Part shown: positions 25,639 through 37,355 of the stretch, in pieces
Position numbering within the stretch: the first letter of the stretch is position 1
How the letters are laid out: each line of letters starts with the position of its first letter
Assembly: GCA_035084275.1 (NCBI GenBank)
Contig: CM068742.1
Coordinates: 3,410,001 to 3,474,000 of the forward strand
Reading direction: 5' to 3'
Length of the DNA: 64,000 nt
Source of the DNA: Hydrolagus colliei
Taxonomy: Eukaryota
The notes under the pieces: model-generated
What the model was told of the DNA's origin: nothing
The model's database searches: none
Seen by the model: the letters and a program-made list of their open reading frames with translations, nothing else
Program-made: the position numbers and the translations under genes

Positions 25639-26043
25639 CATGTGGTACTCTCAATTGGGGCTACATTTGGAGGTTAAAATGGCTTTGACATTCATAGGGT
25701 TAGCGAGATAAAAAGCAGCCAGTGTCTTGTTCCTTATCCCTCTTTATTATCCCTCTGATTGTGTGTGTGTATGCCAGTCTAGTGAGGAGAGATTAGCCTT
25801 GTCTGCTACACTTTCCACAGTCAAGTAACTTACAGACATTCACTGTCAAGGCACACACATGAATAATGATCACTTAAGCTAGGTGTCAAAGGCAACCAGT
25901 GTCAATGGAATATATATCACAAGATGGTTTGGATGAAGAAGCAGCTTTGGCCCATTGAATCCTATCCTTCGAGAACACCCGCCCTACTATTCTCCCAAGG
26001 CAGTATCAAGCTTCCATTTAAATGAGTAAACTGTCCTGGCCTT

Positions 26044-26708
26044 CAACAACAACAACAACTTAAACTTATAAAGCGCCTTTCACGTCGGGAGGACGTCCCA
26101 AGGCGCTGCACAGGAGGCATGTGACCCGAGCTGGGAGGGGAGTGTTCGGGAAGGGGTGAAACACGTAGGGGAGGTCGAGAAATTCGGTGGGGAACAAAAG
26201 GCACGGTCGAAGAGGAAAGTCTTCAAACCGGCCTTGAAAGAGGAAAGGGAAGAAACGAGACGGAGGGATTGGGGGATGGAATTCCACAGGGTGGGAGCGG
26301 AGAAACTGAAGGCCCGGCCTCCGATGGTGGGGCGGTTCGGGCGGGGGGCTTGGAGCAGGCCAAGTCCTGCTGAACGGAGGGTCCGGGTGGGCTTGTAGGG
26401 GGAAAGTAAATTGGTTAAATAGGGCGGGGCAAGGCCGTGTAAGGCCTTGAAGGTGAGGACGAGGATCTTGAACTCGATCCTCTGGAGAATGGGGAGCCAG
26501 TGGAGACGGGCGAGGGTGGAGGTTATGTGGTCGCGGAGGCGGGTGCGGGATAGTACACGGGCTGCAGAGTTTTGGATGGCCTGCAGCCTGTGAATGGAGG
26601 AACTGGGGAGGCCGACGAGGAGAGAGTTTCCGTAGTCCAGCCGTGAGGTGATGTATGCGTGCACGAGTGTTTCGGCAGCGCGGGGGGTGAGATAGTTGCG
26701 GAGCCTGG
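26044..26708 (-). mobile_element. Young 5'-truncated L2 LINE
   Basis: Open frame [15 protein letters not shown]...LHWLPI...FKAGLKTFLF; (caa)n tail; highly similar to the 16705 copy. Confidence 0.97.
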
Positions 26709-27073
26709 AGCAGGAAAGTTGTTGATTCTCATCTGAGGAATGAAATCTATCCTGGCAATATTAGTAATAATCCTTGTGTTTGATATAAGGCCATATCACA
26801 TCTTTGAGACATCTCAAAGCGCTTTGCAGAATGTACTGCCAAGTGAATTGATTGTATAATTTGTGGGCAAATTAGGTGAATGGGGCCAGATTAAGGCAGA
26901 GGTTAGCTGTCTGTGTCTCATTGTGTCACACACCATTGCAGTACTATGTGATTGCATATTTGGCTAAATTTAAAAAAAATTGTGAACATTTTCAGCCTGT
27001 GTGAGCCTATGTATTTGTCAGCCTGGCTCATTTGGTAGCACTCACCACTAAGGCAGATTGACATAAGCTAATA

Positions 27074-27213
27074 AAAATGCAAAATATTGCAGATACTAGA
27101 AATCTGAAACAAAAACAGTAATCATTAGGAACACTCAGCAGGTCAGGCAGCATCTATGGAGAAAGGAAAAGTGTGTCAACGTTTTGGGTCCACGACCCTT
27201 CATCAGAATGGCA
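27074..27213 (-). mobile_element. Penelope-like terminal repeat fragment with degenerate hammerhead ribozyme core and 11-bp TSD
   Basis: Minus strand CTGATGA-A-GGGTC-GTG-GACCC-AAAA-CGTT at 27175-27206; ataagctaata at both 27063-27073 and 27214-27224. Confidence 0.7.
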
Positions 27214-28309
27214 ATAAGCTAATACCGTACCTTGCGTAATTATTAATATGGTAAATTCTCTGATTTTTCTTCAGACTCATCTCACTTCACTTGTTTGAAT
27301 CTTGCTGTTTTTGCTTATAGGCTCACAACCTTGTGAGGCCAACAGTAGTAATCCGTGTGTCTTACAGTTCTAAGCTTCCCCCATTCGCATTAGCATGGGG
27401 ATGTATTTATCACAAACTTGATTGTAATAAAATCTAGCTTGAAGGTTGAAATCATAATGGTACAATTAAGAAAACGTCAATTACCCCTGGTGAATTCCTT
27501 CCCCACCTCCCAGTGTCGTGGGATCAGTTTTCAAAGGAAATATTTTCAGCTATCTCGAATTTGATGAAGGAAATGCTGTTAAATTGCCAACGAAAAACAG
27601 TCTTCTATGAGTGACAATTGATGGACAATAACAGAACACATATCATGAGATTGAATAGTTCACAGGATTAGGTTTACCGATTTTGCATCATGGTTATAAA
27701 TAAATAATTGTGAAGCTATCGGATGCAGCAATGAGATAAGTTTATTCTAAAAGTATAATCTTTCAGTCTAATGCTTTTGGGCTCAGCTGCTGTAAATGTA
27801 TTCATGTTGAAACACTCATTTAGGCAGCTTCAGTGTTCCTTACATATTGTGTTGAGTAATGGATGGCAAAGCAATGGCAGAATGTTCAGCTACAAATTAT
27901 ACCCACAGATATCACAATGAAAAGCATTCCTATCTGCAGGCTAAATCATTTGGTACAGCAGTTTTGTCATTCATTATGATGTTTAATTTAATGCAACATT
28001 ATTACACTATAACAGTTATTAATCAGCTAAAATGCACCAGATCTGCTCAAAGGACTACCAACCATACTTGATCATTTAATGCAGTTATGAAAATTCTGTA
28101 ACTACATTTGCATAAATAAAACATTGAATAAATTATTAATTTCAATGGAAATGCATTCTCTTGTTTACAAGTATTTTCAATGGTTTCTAATCGTTTACAT
28201 GCTGTGCTACATGCTATGGGAAACTGATTTAGTACAGGACATCTATAACTAGGATAGGAATCCAACAGCCTGGAATACTGTCAGGCAAACTCAATCCCTG
28301 AACATTGTG

Positions 28310-28650
28310 GACTTTGAACTCACAGTCCAGGCTGACACTCCATTGTAGAGCTGGAGAACATTGCATTGTTGGAGATGCTGGGCTGTCCTTTTTGGATGAG
28401 AGCTATGGTTTTGTCTGCCTATTGAAGCTGACATTCAAGAACCTTTTGCACTTTTCAAAACAAGGAGTTTTCTCCAGTTGTCCTGGTGAACAATTATTCC
28501 CCACATCAATTGTTAATGGCTGTTTGTGGCTGCTCGATTTGTTGTGCATGAATTGTAGCCATTCATTGACTAACTACAGTTACTTGAAGTGGTTCATATG
28601 AAGTATAACAAGTCCACTGGATATGAAAGGCATAATATCAAGTGCACGCA
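28310..28650 (+). mobile_element. Ancient DeuSINE (AmnSINE1/SacSINE1-like)
   Basis: tccaggctgacactcc...gcattgttggagatgct..tcctttttggatgaga...ctgtttgtgg...tgttgtgcatgaattg, with L2-like tail. Confidence 0.7.
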
Positions 28651-29629
28651 TTCCTATAGCATGAAACTTAGGTTTTCAATTAAAAAAAAGCAGGAATGAG
28701 TGACTCGCCCATTGTAAGTAAAGACAAAGATAAATATTTTTTTGCATTTGTGCAGGTTATTTACTATTTTGTTTTGATTCAGGCAGGTAACTGACACGGA
28801 CAGAAACCCAACACAATGCAGTTGACCAGCCTCCGTTTTAGTCCTGGTTGAGCTTATAGATCAAAACTGCTCCTATGCACAATTTAACAGGGCTCCACTG
28901 TCGGGATTCACACAATCTACTTCAGCAAAAGTTATTGCAGGCAGTGAAATGGATCACAAGTTCATTCGAGCAAAGCTAAATCTGTATAATCACTTAAAAG
29001 TGTGATGCCGGGGGGAATGATGCCACAACACGCAGACTTTGTGAAGTATGACCATCAATTTCCTGAGTCCATTCATCTCTGTGATTAATTATCTCAACAG
29101 TGAATTCTGCCTCTCTACCTTCCCTCATCTGAAAGGAAGTGGATAGTGTATTTAAGGCATCTCTAAACAATGTCAATCTATATCAGGGCAAGGGATAAAA
29201 AGTGAACGAAAGAGTCTAAAAATGCTGGATGGCCAAGTTTGGCAAATTGTTCAATCTCGGAAAGGGAGAAACTTAAAAAAGTTAGAAACTCTGGAAAAAG
29301 GAGACATGTTTAATAAGGCAACTGAGCTGTAAAGAGGTCTAGTGTGTTGCCTAGGAAGGCATGTGTTCCTTGGATCTGACTACTTTCTGAAAGCAGAGAA
29401 AATTCAGGTGGCATAGATGAGTTTCATGGCAATGGGTTCATTGGCACTGCTAGCTCGAGGCTTGTACTCTTTCTGTCAGAGTTTGTGGGTTGCTGAGTCA
29501 GCCGGGATCGCAATAATCCAGGACATTCTGGCTGATCGGGAGACTGAGAGTTGAGACTACTGTTTATCCTACAAATCATGGGTAAGATCATACGAGCTGG
29601 ACAATTAATGGAGAGCTTGGCAGACACTG

Positions 29630-29915
29630 CTCAAGGTGGGCAGATTTATTTGGTTAAATTGCAAAAGTATCTTTGATGCACACACTTAGGGGTCCTGAAG
29701 CTTTGGCTCTTGACAATCTACATCTAATACATTTTTGAATTAGGTGAGCAGGGTTCGTCTCTTCAGGGATTGAATGTTAATTCTATTCCAGGTTAAGGGA
29801 CATTTCCTTGTGTAGGTGGCACACATACTGTATGTGGATCTCTCTGGTCTGGATACACCTAATCATAGAGTTGAGTCTCCACATGTGTCCGGCACCCAAA
29901 TGAGCAAAAAGGAAA
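29630..29915. repeat. Unidentified ancient repeat, copy B (inverted relative to A and C)
   Basis: Reverse complement shares gacacat..gagac, tgtatcca.ac.agaga, tccacat and ggaaatgtcc with copy C, and the ILL(Q/E)FN block with copy A. Confidence 0.7.
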
Positions 29916-30713
29916 GCGGGATCTGATTTAGATTATCACAGTTTGGAATCAGATTCTCGGCCTTCCACCAAGGACATCTTCTGACTGTAAATAATGCTGC
30001 ATTAATGCAATGAGGTAATTCTCGACTGTTCTCAGAGTTTAGCCTCAAGACTCCTGACACAGCAAAGTAATGAAATGTCAACCAAACCGTTTCACGCCGC
30101 ACCAGAGATGAAAGATTATACTTTAAAACATAAACACTCCATGAAACAAGTCCTCTAGATTATAAACAGAATTTAATATGTTTTCCCTCTGCTTATCAAC
30201 TGGACAATTAAAACAATGCTGGACAGGTGGTTTCGTCACAAATAAATTGATTTTTTTTTAAGATGAAAAACAGAGCACTAAAAGGTTGTGTCAGAAAAAT
30301 AATGATTTCTAAATATTTTAAGTCTGTACTTTCCCATCGATTTCCTCACGCGTGGTATTATTTTTTGGATGGGCACTTTTTGGAAGGCAGCTACATTACA
30401 TTTAAGTAGACAAAGAATCAATACCAGCTCAATAAATGTTGACAAATTTCTCAAAAAAAAATATTGAGTAAGAAGTGGACATCTGGCTCATTCCGCTATC
30501 TGCTTCAAAATAATTGTACAATCTCTCCCATCATGGCTCATCTTATTTTGTCTCATGATATTCTTCCTCCTCAGAAAATAGGATAAAACTCCATAATTTT
30601 CTCTCTAAGATCATGATTTGCATTATTCAGCCCATACCAGCTATTCTTCACAGTTGATTTTTTCATCATAGGAAAGATCACATTTTACGGAGAATCTGTG
30701 AGATCTATCTTTA

Positions 30714-30825
30714 CAGCAGCAGCAGCAGCAGCAACAACAACAACAACAAGGCAACAACAACAATGACGATTTGCATTAATATAGCACCCCTCATGCAGAC
30801 AGGCATCCCAAAGCGCTTAATGAGC
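30714..30825 (-). mobile_element. L2 tail with compound (cag)n(caa)n microsatellite
   Basis: Microsatellite followed by ttgcattaatatagcacc...catcccaaagcgct. Confidence 0.7.
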
Positions 30826-31440
30826 ACCTCTACAAACATTGAACCCATTCATCATTATGTACTTATCTGACTGATTAACAAATCAGTCTTCAACAAATTA
30901 ACTACGATTAGAGACTCTAACACCTCAATTTATTAATGAGTTACCACACAACTTGTGGGATTAGAAAAAAATGTAGAGTTGTTTTCTCTGCAATATGCTT
31001 ATTGATGAGTTTTTGGAATGACATACATGACTGTTCCCACTACACTATGATTATTTTTTATTATTATTACACGCACAACCATTGTGATAAAAATAAGAGT
31101 CTTTAAAACTTATTTTCTTTTTAATGAATGAAAATACTTTGCTCTGCCCGAATCGTTTGGTCTCGAGTGAGGTTATCACAACAACAAAATTACACTTGTA
31201 TAGCACCTTTCATGTCAGGAGGACATCCCAATGCCCTGGGTATCATGTTAAAGAAACAAACATGCAAAAATGAGAGTTTGTCTACTAGGGTCTGACAATT
31301 TAATGGTGTTAATTTTGATAAATCCAAATGCGTATGGCATCAGTGTCAACCAGCACAAGGTACAATTTCAAATTCTAGCAATTTGCATCCATTTCTCTGG
31401 TAAATTAACGAGTTGTTCACAATATTGCCCATAATTATTT

Positions 31441-31515
31441 CATAGATTCATATAATTTTACGGCACAAAAGGAGGCCATTCGGCCCATCTAGTCTGTGCC
31501 GGCTCTTTGAAAAGA
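31441..31515 (-). mobile_element. CR1 extreme 3' end
   Basis: ttttacggcacaaaaggaggccattcggcccatctagtctgtgccggctctttgaa. Confidence 0.9.
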
Positions 31516-32704
31516 TTTTCTAAGAATTAGATTTTCAAGTTTATTTTATTCGTTCACCGTGTCACCTATCAATCCTCAATAAATCCCCAATATCCACACT
31601 GGTCATTCAAAGTGTGTACATTACTTGGAAATCGTCTGTTTGTGTAAATACGCAACCCATCAAAGGGTTGCGTATTTAATTCCACTTCGCAATTTTTCGC
31701 ACAAGTCAGTTACATAGAAATATCCTTGCCAAACAAAAAAGATGTATTCACTGTACTTTTTCAAAGCGGAAAATGTCATTGTTAACTCAATAGTAGTGCT
31801 TACAGTCTGGGATGTAATGGTACGTTTCATTCATTGTCAAAAGTCTGAATACTCTAGGCAATCTGACGAGTTGAGTGAATGCAAGGTGCAATATCTCAGA
31901 CAATGTCTGTTGCACTGCACTGCGCTGAAAGATTTGATTGTTCCCTTGTCCGTGCATTGTCTCTTATTCAGTATTTTAACAGATGTTGTCCTTTTCAATA
32001 AAAAATCATTGAGAGAGAATAAGTTTTTAACAATTATGACTCAAATAAAACACTGTACCCTAGCTTTTCAGTTTGTATGCCTGTACGAAAGCTTTGAATC
32101 TCCCATTAGATTGTGTTGATTATTTTACAGGTTGATCTGAAGATTCAGCATTTGAGTTCCATGTGCTGGTGAAATAAGGCTGATGGTTGCAAACAAACAC
32201 CTGCCAGGTTTTTCCTCAAAGCGCAAATAAAATAATAAATTGGCCACTCAATCCACAACTGTTTGTGGAACACTGATGTGTGCGATTGCCTGTCGCATTT
32301 CTGTATATTCCGTATATTCTGTAAAGCGCTTTGAGATGGCTAAATGTCAAAAACAGTATATCAAGTGCAAGGATTATTATTATGAAAGCTAACCATGTAA
32401 GTCCCTTTTTGGTATTAAAATAGACTAAAGAGCAAATGAGCCAGATAAAGAGCGATGGCCCTTTTCCTACTAAGGGCTTTTGAAAATATTGCTTTGCCAT
32501 GCTTTAGAGTATCAAAACCAAACTACTGAGAGTTTTGCTTATACGTGGTAGATTTCCCTTCATCTCGAATGGAACGGGTACTCTCTTCCTAAAAGGATGC
32601 TCACTACTTGAGAGTAATTGGGTCAGGATGAGAAAAGTCAAAGTTTGAAGACTCTAGAGTGTATGTTGGGGTAGCGATGGAGTTTCACTCACTGAATTCC
32701 ATAT

Positions 32705-32985
32705 ATTACAACAGCAGCAAAATTACATTTATAGAGCAGCTTTCGCAGCAGGAGGACCTCCCAAGGTGCAGAACTGTCAGGGACCGGGAGTGGGGTGAGG
32801 GTTTTGGTGTTGGGATGAGCGAGAGCTGAGAGGAGGCAAGGGAAGCAGCGAGTTGGAGGGATTGTGAGATGGAGTTCCAAAGCGTGAGGGTAGAGAGGCT
32901 GAAAGTCCGGCTGCCAATGATAGGTAAGTCAGGCAGGAGACAAGGAGCAGGCCAGAGCCTATTGAACAGAGGGAGCCAGCAGGTC
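32705..32985 (-). mobile_element. Old L2 3' fragment
   Basis: IIGSRTFSLSTLTLWNSISQSL motif and L2 tail. Confidence 0.8.
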
Positions 32986-33059
32986 ATGTATTAATGTTTA
33001 ACCGAGCTCTTGATATGATTGACTTAGTCCAGAGTATTGGATACATTACATTACCACTA

Positions 33060-33227
33060 TGGTCATTGTTTTTGGTCAGCTGAATGTCTGACACATACAG
33101 AGACCCATCACCATTCTCATATGTATCCACACAGAGAAAGAGTTCCACATTTGTAGAGATCTTCACCTGGAAATGTCCTTGTGTATGAAATGGGATACAA
33201 ATTCTCTCCCAGATGGGACACTCCATC
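33060..33227. repeat. Unidentified ancient repeat, copy C
   Basis: Homologous to copies A and B; truncated at 33227 by a SINE tail. Confidence 0.7.
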
Positions 33228-35403
33228 TTATAATAATAATCCTTGCATTTAATATCACACTACATTATATCGTTGAGATAACTCAAGGTGCATCACAGGA
33301 CCACACAAGTGCATTCTTTCAAGTATAATAGCTGAAAACTACATTTTATTCTGAGACAGATAATGGTTCGAAATTAACGTTTTTTTCAATCACAGGCAAC
33401 CTATATTATGGAACTTGTAATACTATAATTTCAAACTTGTTAGAAAACATGCTACAAAAAGTCAACAATAATGTTTCTGCATGTCGTTAAACTGGGCACT
33501 GAAAACATGCCGGCAATGCTATTTTTGAAGCATTTTCAAAATCCTATTATTGTTTCCTTCTGTATATAATCAGCGGAAGTTCAGTAAAACTACTTTTGTG
33601 TTCATTTTGTATGTGGTGACAAGGGTCGGTATTAAATTAAAATATCAGCGTTAATGTGTTAAAGTCTTTACTCGGATGTAAACTCAAAAGCAAAAACACA
33701 ACACATAAATGGGGCTTTCACATTAGCCTCAAGACAAAAGACATCCAAGAAAACAACCCCTGTCACTCTCCATTTTACAGTCAGCTTCAATTGTTCTTGT
33801 TTTTGAGATTTAGACAAGGGAAATTGGTGGCCTAACCCCTCAATAATACAAGTCAGCCAAGTGTGTTATCTATTTGTTGGGAAGGGGAACACAATCAACT
33901 GGAAAAGCTTAGCACTTAGCTTTGCCACAGAAATACACACTTCATATGAATTGACTGGTCTTCATACTTATACATATGTCACAATGATCTGCCAAAGAGC
34001 AGTTCTGCCGCCTACTCTTCTCACCACTCCATCAAGGTTTTATATCCCAATACTGGCATTTTTTTTTAAATTCACGATTGGCTGAAGAGAGAGATATTCT
34101 TTTGAATTATCCCACAATCGTTAATATTATATTAAAGGAAGTGATCTGTCCTCTAACTGCTCCATCACTCATCCTTACTAAATTGTTCATATATACGGAT
34201 TGCTTGGTGATGAGATGTAAGCAACTATTTTGTACAGATCTTCATGAGATGTTCCTTGAATGTAAAATGTGAAAGGTGATGCAAAAATGTAGGTTGGAGT
34301 TGCTTTAATGTGAAGTACCATTGGACTTGGATTGAGGGCAACCTGAACTCCTCATCAGGTCTGTGGAGGAAAACTTCAGTGCCATAAAAAGGAACTTTAG
34401 AAAAAGCATATTTGGTGCTGAATTGCCATTAAAATAGGTCCTTGGCACACAGAGTATATTTGTGGTAATTCAGCATTAAAGATTCAGTGCAAATCAGGGT
34501 TTAAAACATGCAATTATGAACTAAAGTACATTCTAGCCTGGGTGCTTGAATTATTCTTATTAGGTGGTTTTACCAATTCATCAATTTGCATCGCTGAATT
34601 ATAAATACTGAGAGGCGGTAATTTTGCTGCCCGAAATAGTCCCTTAAAAGCTCTGGTGAGATTCAGTGGGCTGAAAAAATTTAAAGGGTAAATGTTCATG
34701 TTATTAAAGGTAATAATTTTGATTATATTAAAAGCTAAGTTGCAGAACACAGGATAAAAATATTTAGAGTGTGGAGCTGTGGTCAACCCCGTAGCAAACA
34801 CAATGGGAGAAACATATTAGTCAGATTTCCTGATCCGAATTGCTGTATTCCTGCATTTCTTCCAATGATAAGCCAGGCACAAGAGAACATTTTGATAGAA
34901 ATGCTATGAATGATCAATGACAAGAGCTGTAAATATATTCTTCGCATCAGATTTACAAACAATTTTTCTGGAAAAATAGCAGAATAGTTGGACATTTTGA
35001 AATAGGGAACAAAATAATATAGGATGACTAGAAAAGGCAAGAGGAGTGAAGAAAGTCAAATAGTTGTATATTTACAGGAAGTCTGGGCCAAGACTGCATA
35101 TGCTCAATACAGTCAAAAATCTCAAAAAATGAATTATTGAAGAAATAAGAATTACATTCCAGCTGGAAGACTAGAATTGCCCAGCTCAAAACTCCCTACC
35201 TCCCTACCTTTGCAGATCAAGTGAATTATGTAAAATAGGCTTCTGCATAACTCAGCTGGTTTACTGTTAAAACAACTACTGATGGGGCCTGTAAGTTGAT
35301 AAACCTGTATAAATATACATAGAATGTACAGCATGGAAACAGGGCATTCAGCCCAGCCAGTAATGTGTCCACAGCTCATAACCATTATGACAATCCTTAC
35401 CTC

Positions 35404-36825
35404 CAACAACAACAAAAAATATGCACTTATATAGCACCCTCCACGCAGGGTAGTATCTCAGTTAACAATGGCGGAGCCGGACTCCAAACTGGTTGGGGAG
35501 GTGACCATAAGCGAGGTCGAAGAGGAAGTTTTTAGATGGGACTTGAAAAAGAGGAGACAGGAGGCAATGGGGAGGCATTGAGGGAGAGTGTTCCAGAGTT
35601 TGGGAGCATAGTGGCTGAAAGCTTGACCTCTGATGGTGGGGCGGAGGGTGTGAGGGACGAGTAGGAGGCTGGTGCCAGTCGAGCGGAGGTGTCATGTGGT
35701 GGATTGGGAAGTGAGAAGATCGGAAAGGTAGGGAGGTGCCAGAGGGGCAGAGTACTGAATGAGCTGGATCTTTGAAAAGTGGATCTGAGGAGATACGTGA
35801 GGAGTACATTTGAGACATCCAAGCAGGCTGTGATAAATACATGCACACGGTTTTGGGCTGCATTTTGGAGATATTATTACATTTATTCATATTTATTATT
35901 AATTTATTAGATATTATCATGTATTATATTTATGAGATACTATCTATATATATATAATATACTATAATATATCTATGTAATATACTGCATTTATTAGATA
36001 CTATCAGATATATCATATATATAATATACTGCATTTATTAGATACTATCGGAGGCAGAGGTGAAAAAAGGCAGTTGGTCCTGGTCAGGTACTGGATTTTG
36101 GGGAGGAAGGAGAGCTGGGGCTTGAACCGGACACGTAGATTGTAATACAGTTTGGTGAGTCTGAGGGAGAGCCCAGGGAGATTGAGGTGTTTTGATCCGC
36201 AGGAGTGAAGTCATTGATAATAATAAGAAGAAGACTAATCCTTGCATTTGATATATCACTTTTCATATTCTTCTAGATGTCTCAGAGCTTTTCACAGAAT
36301 ATAAAGTGAATTGACTGTATATTTGTGGGCGAAAACGCCAAGCAGTATGGCTTCCTCTTGTCCACGGTCAGCTGCAGGAAGTTTGCACTCATCCAGTCTC
36401 AGGTGTCTGCCAGACAAATTGATGTAACATCGGTGGACTTGGAGTTGGTACTGGAGAAGGCAAAGTAGATTGGTGTGTCATCCATATACATGCAGAAGTT
36501 TATCCCGTGTCTGCGCATGACATCACACAGAGGGAGCATTTAGATAAAGAAAATAAGATGGCCAAGAATGGAGCCCTGGGGTATCCTGCAGGTGACTTGT
36601 CAGGGCCAGAGACTCCATTACTTAGATGAAATGGAGGCAGCGGGTCAAGTTGGACTCGAACCATACGAGTACAGTCCACTAAGGTGGATGAGAGAGGAGA
36701 GGCTGTGGAGAAGGTTGGTGTTGTCAACGGTGTTGATCATAGCAGAGAGATCCAGGAGGACAAGGAGGCAAAGGGAGCCCTGGTCACAGATAGAGAGGAT
36801 GTTGTTTATGACTCGAATCCTACAG
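35404..36825 (-). mobile_element. Fragmented older L2 LINE interrupted by AT-rich filler (35865-36050) and a SINE tail (36215-36335)
   Basis: LLVLLDLSAMINTVD (RT motif), G.PQGSILG-like and YMDDT stretches, HVFITACLDVSN, (caa)n tail at 35404. Confidence 0.8.
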
Positions 36826-37204
36826 TATCGAGTCCACACTCGACCCCTCCAATATCTTCCTCACTGATCGCCTCATCTCTACAATGCACAAGCTCTAATT
36901 CATCTAAAATCGGCCACTCGCACTGCTACCACACTAAACTTTGCTAGTCAGCAACTCTGTTCTCACCATGTTCCATTGAGGCCACTCCTCCCAGCAGATT
37001 GACATTCAGATATTCTTGGTTATCTTCGTATTCCTACGTGTCTTTGCCTCTCTCTACGTCTTTGATGTTTTCCACCCCACTACGCTCCTCCACAAATACA
37101 CAGTCACTAAACTTCAATAGAAAGTCCTATGAAGCTCTTTGGACATCTGAATGACATGACAGGGCAATAAATATTGAATGCAATAATTATTTCATTATTT
37201 ATAA

Positions 37205-37355
37205 CACATATACTGTTTGTGGGACACTACTGGCTGCTGTGTTTCGCCCGCAAAATATACAGTCAATTCACTTTACAATATATTCTATTTAGTGCTTTAA
37301 GAAGTCTCAATGACGTGATAAGGAGCTATAACAAATGCAAGGATTATTATTACTA
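37205..37355 (+). mobile_element. SINE 3' fragment
   Basis: Deu core (internally deleted) and tail. Confidence 0.8.
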
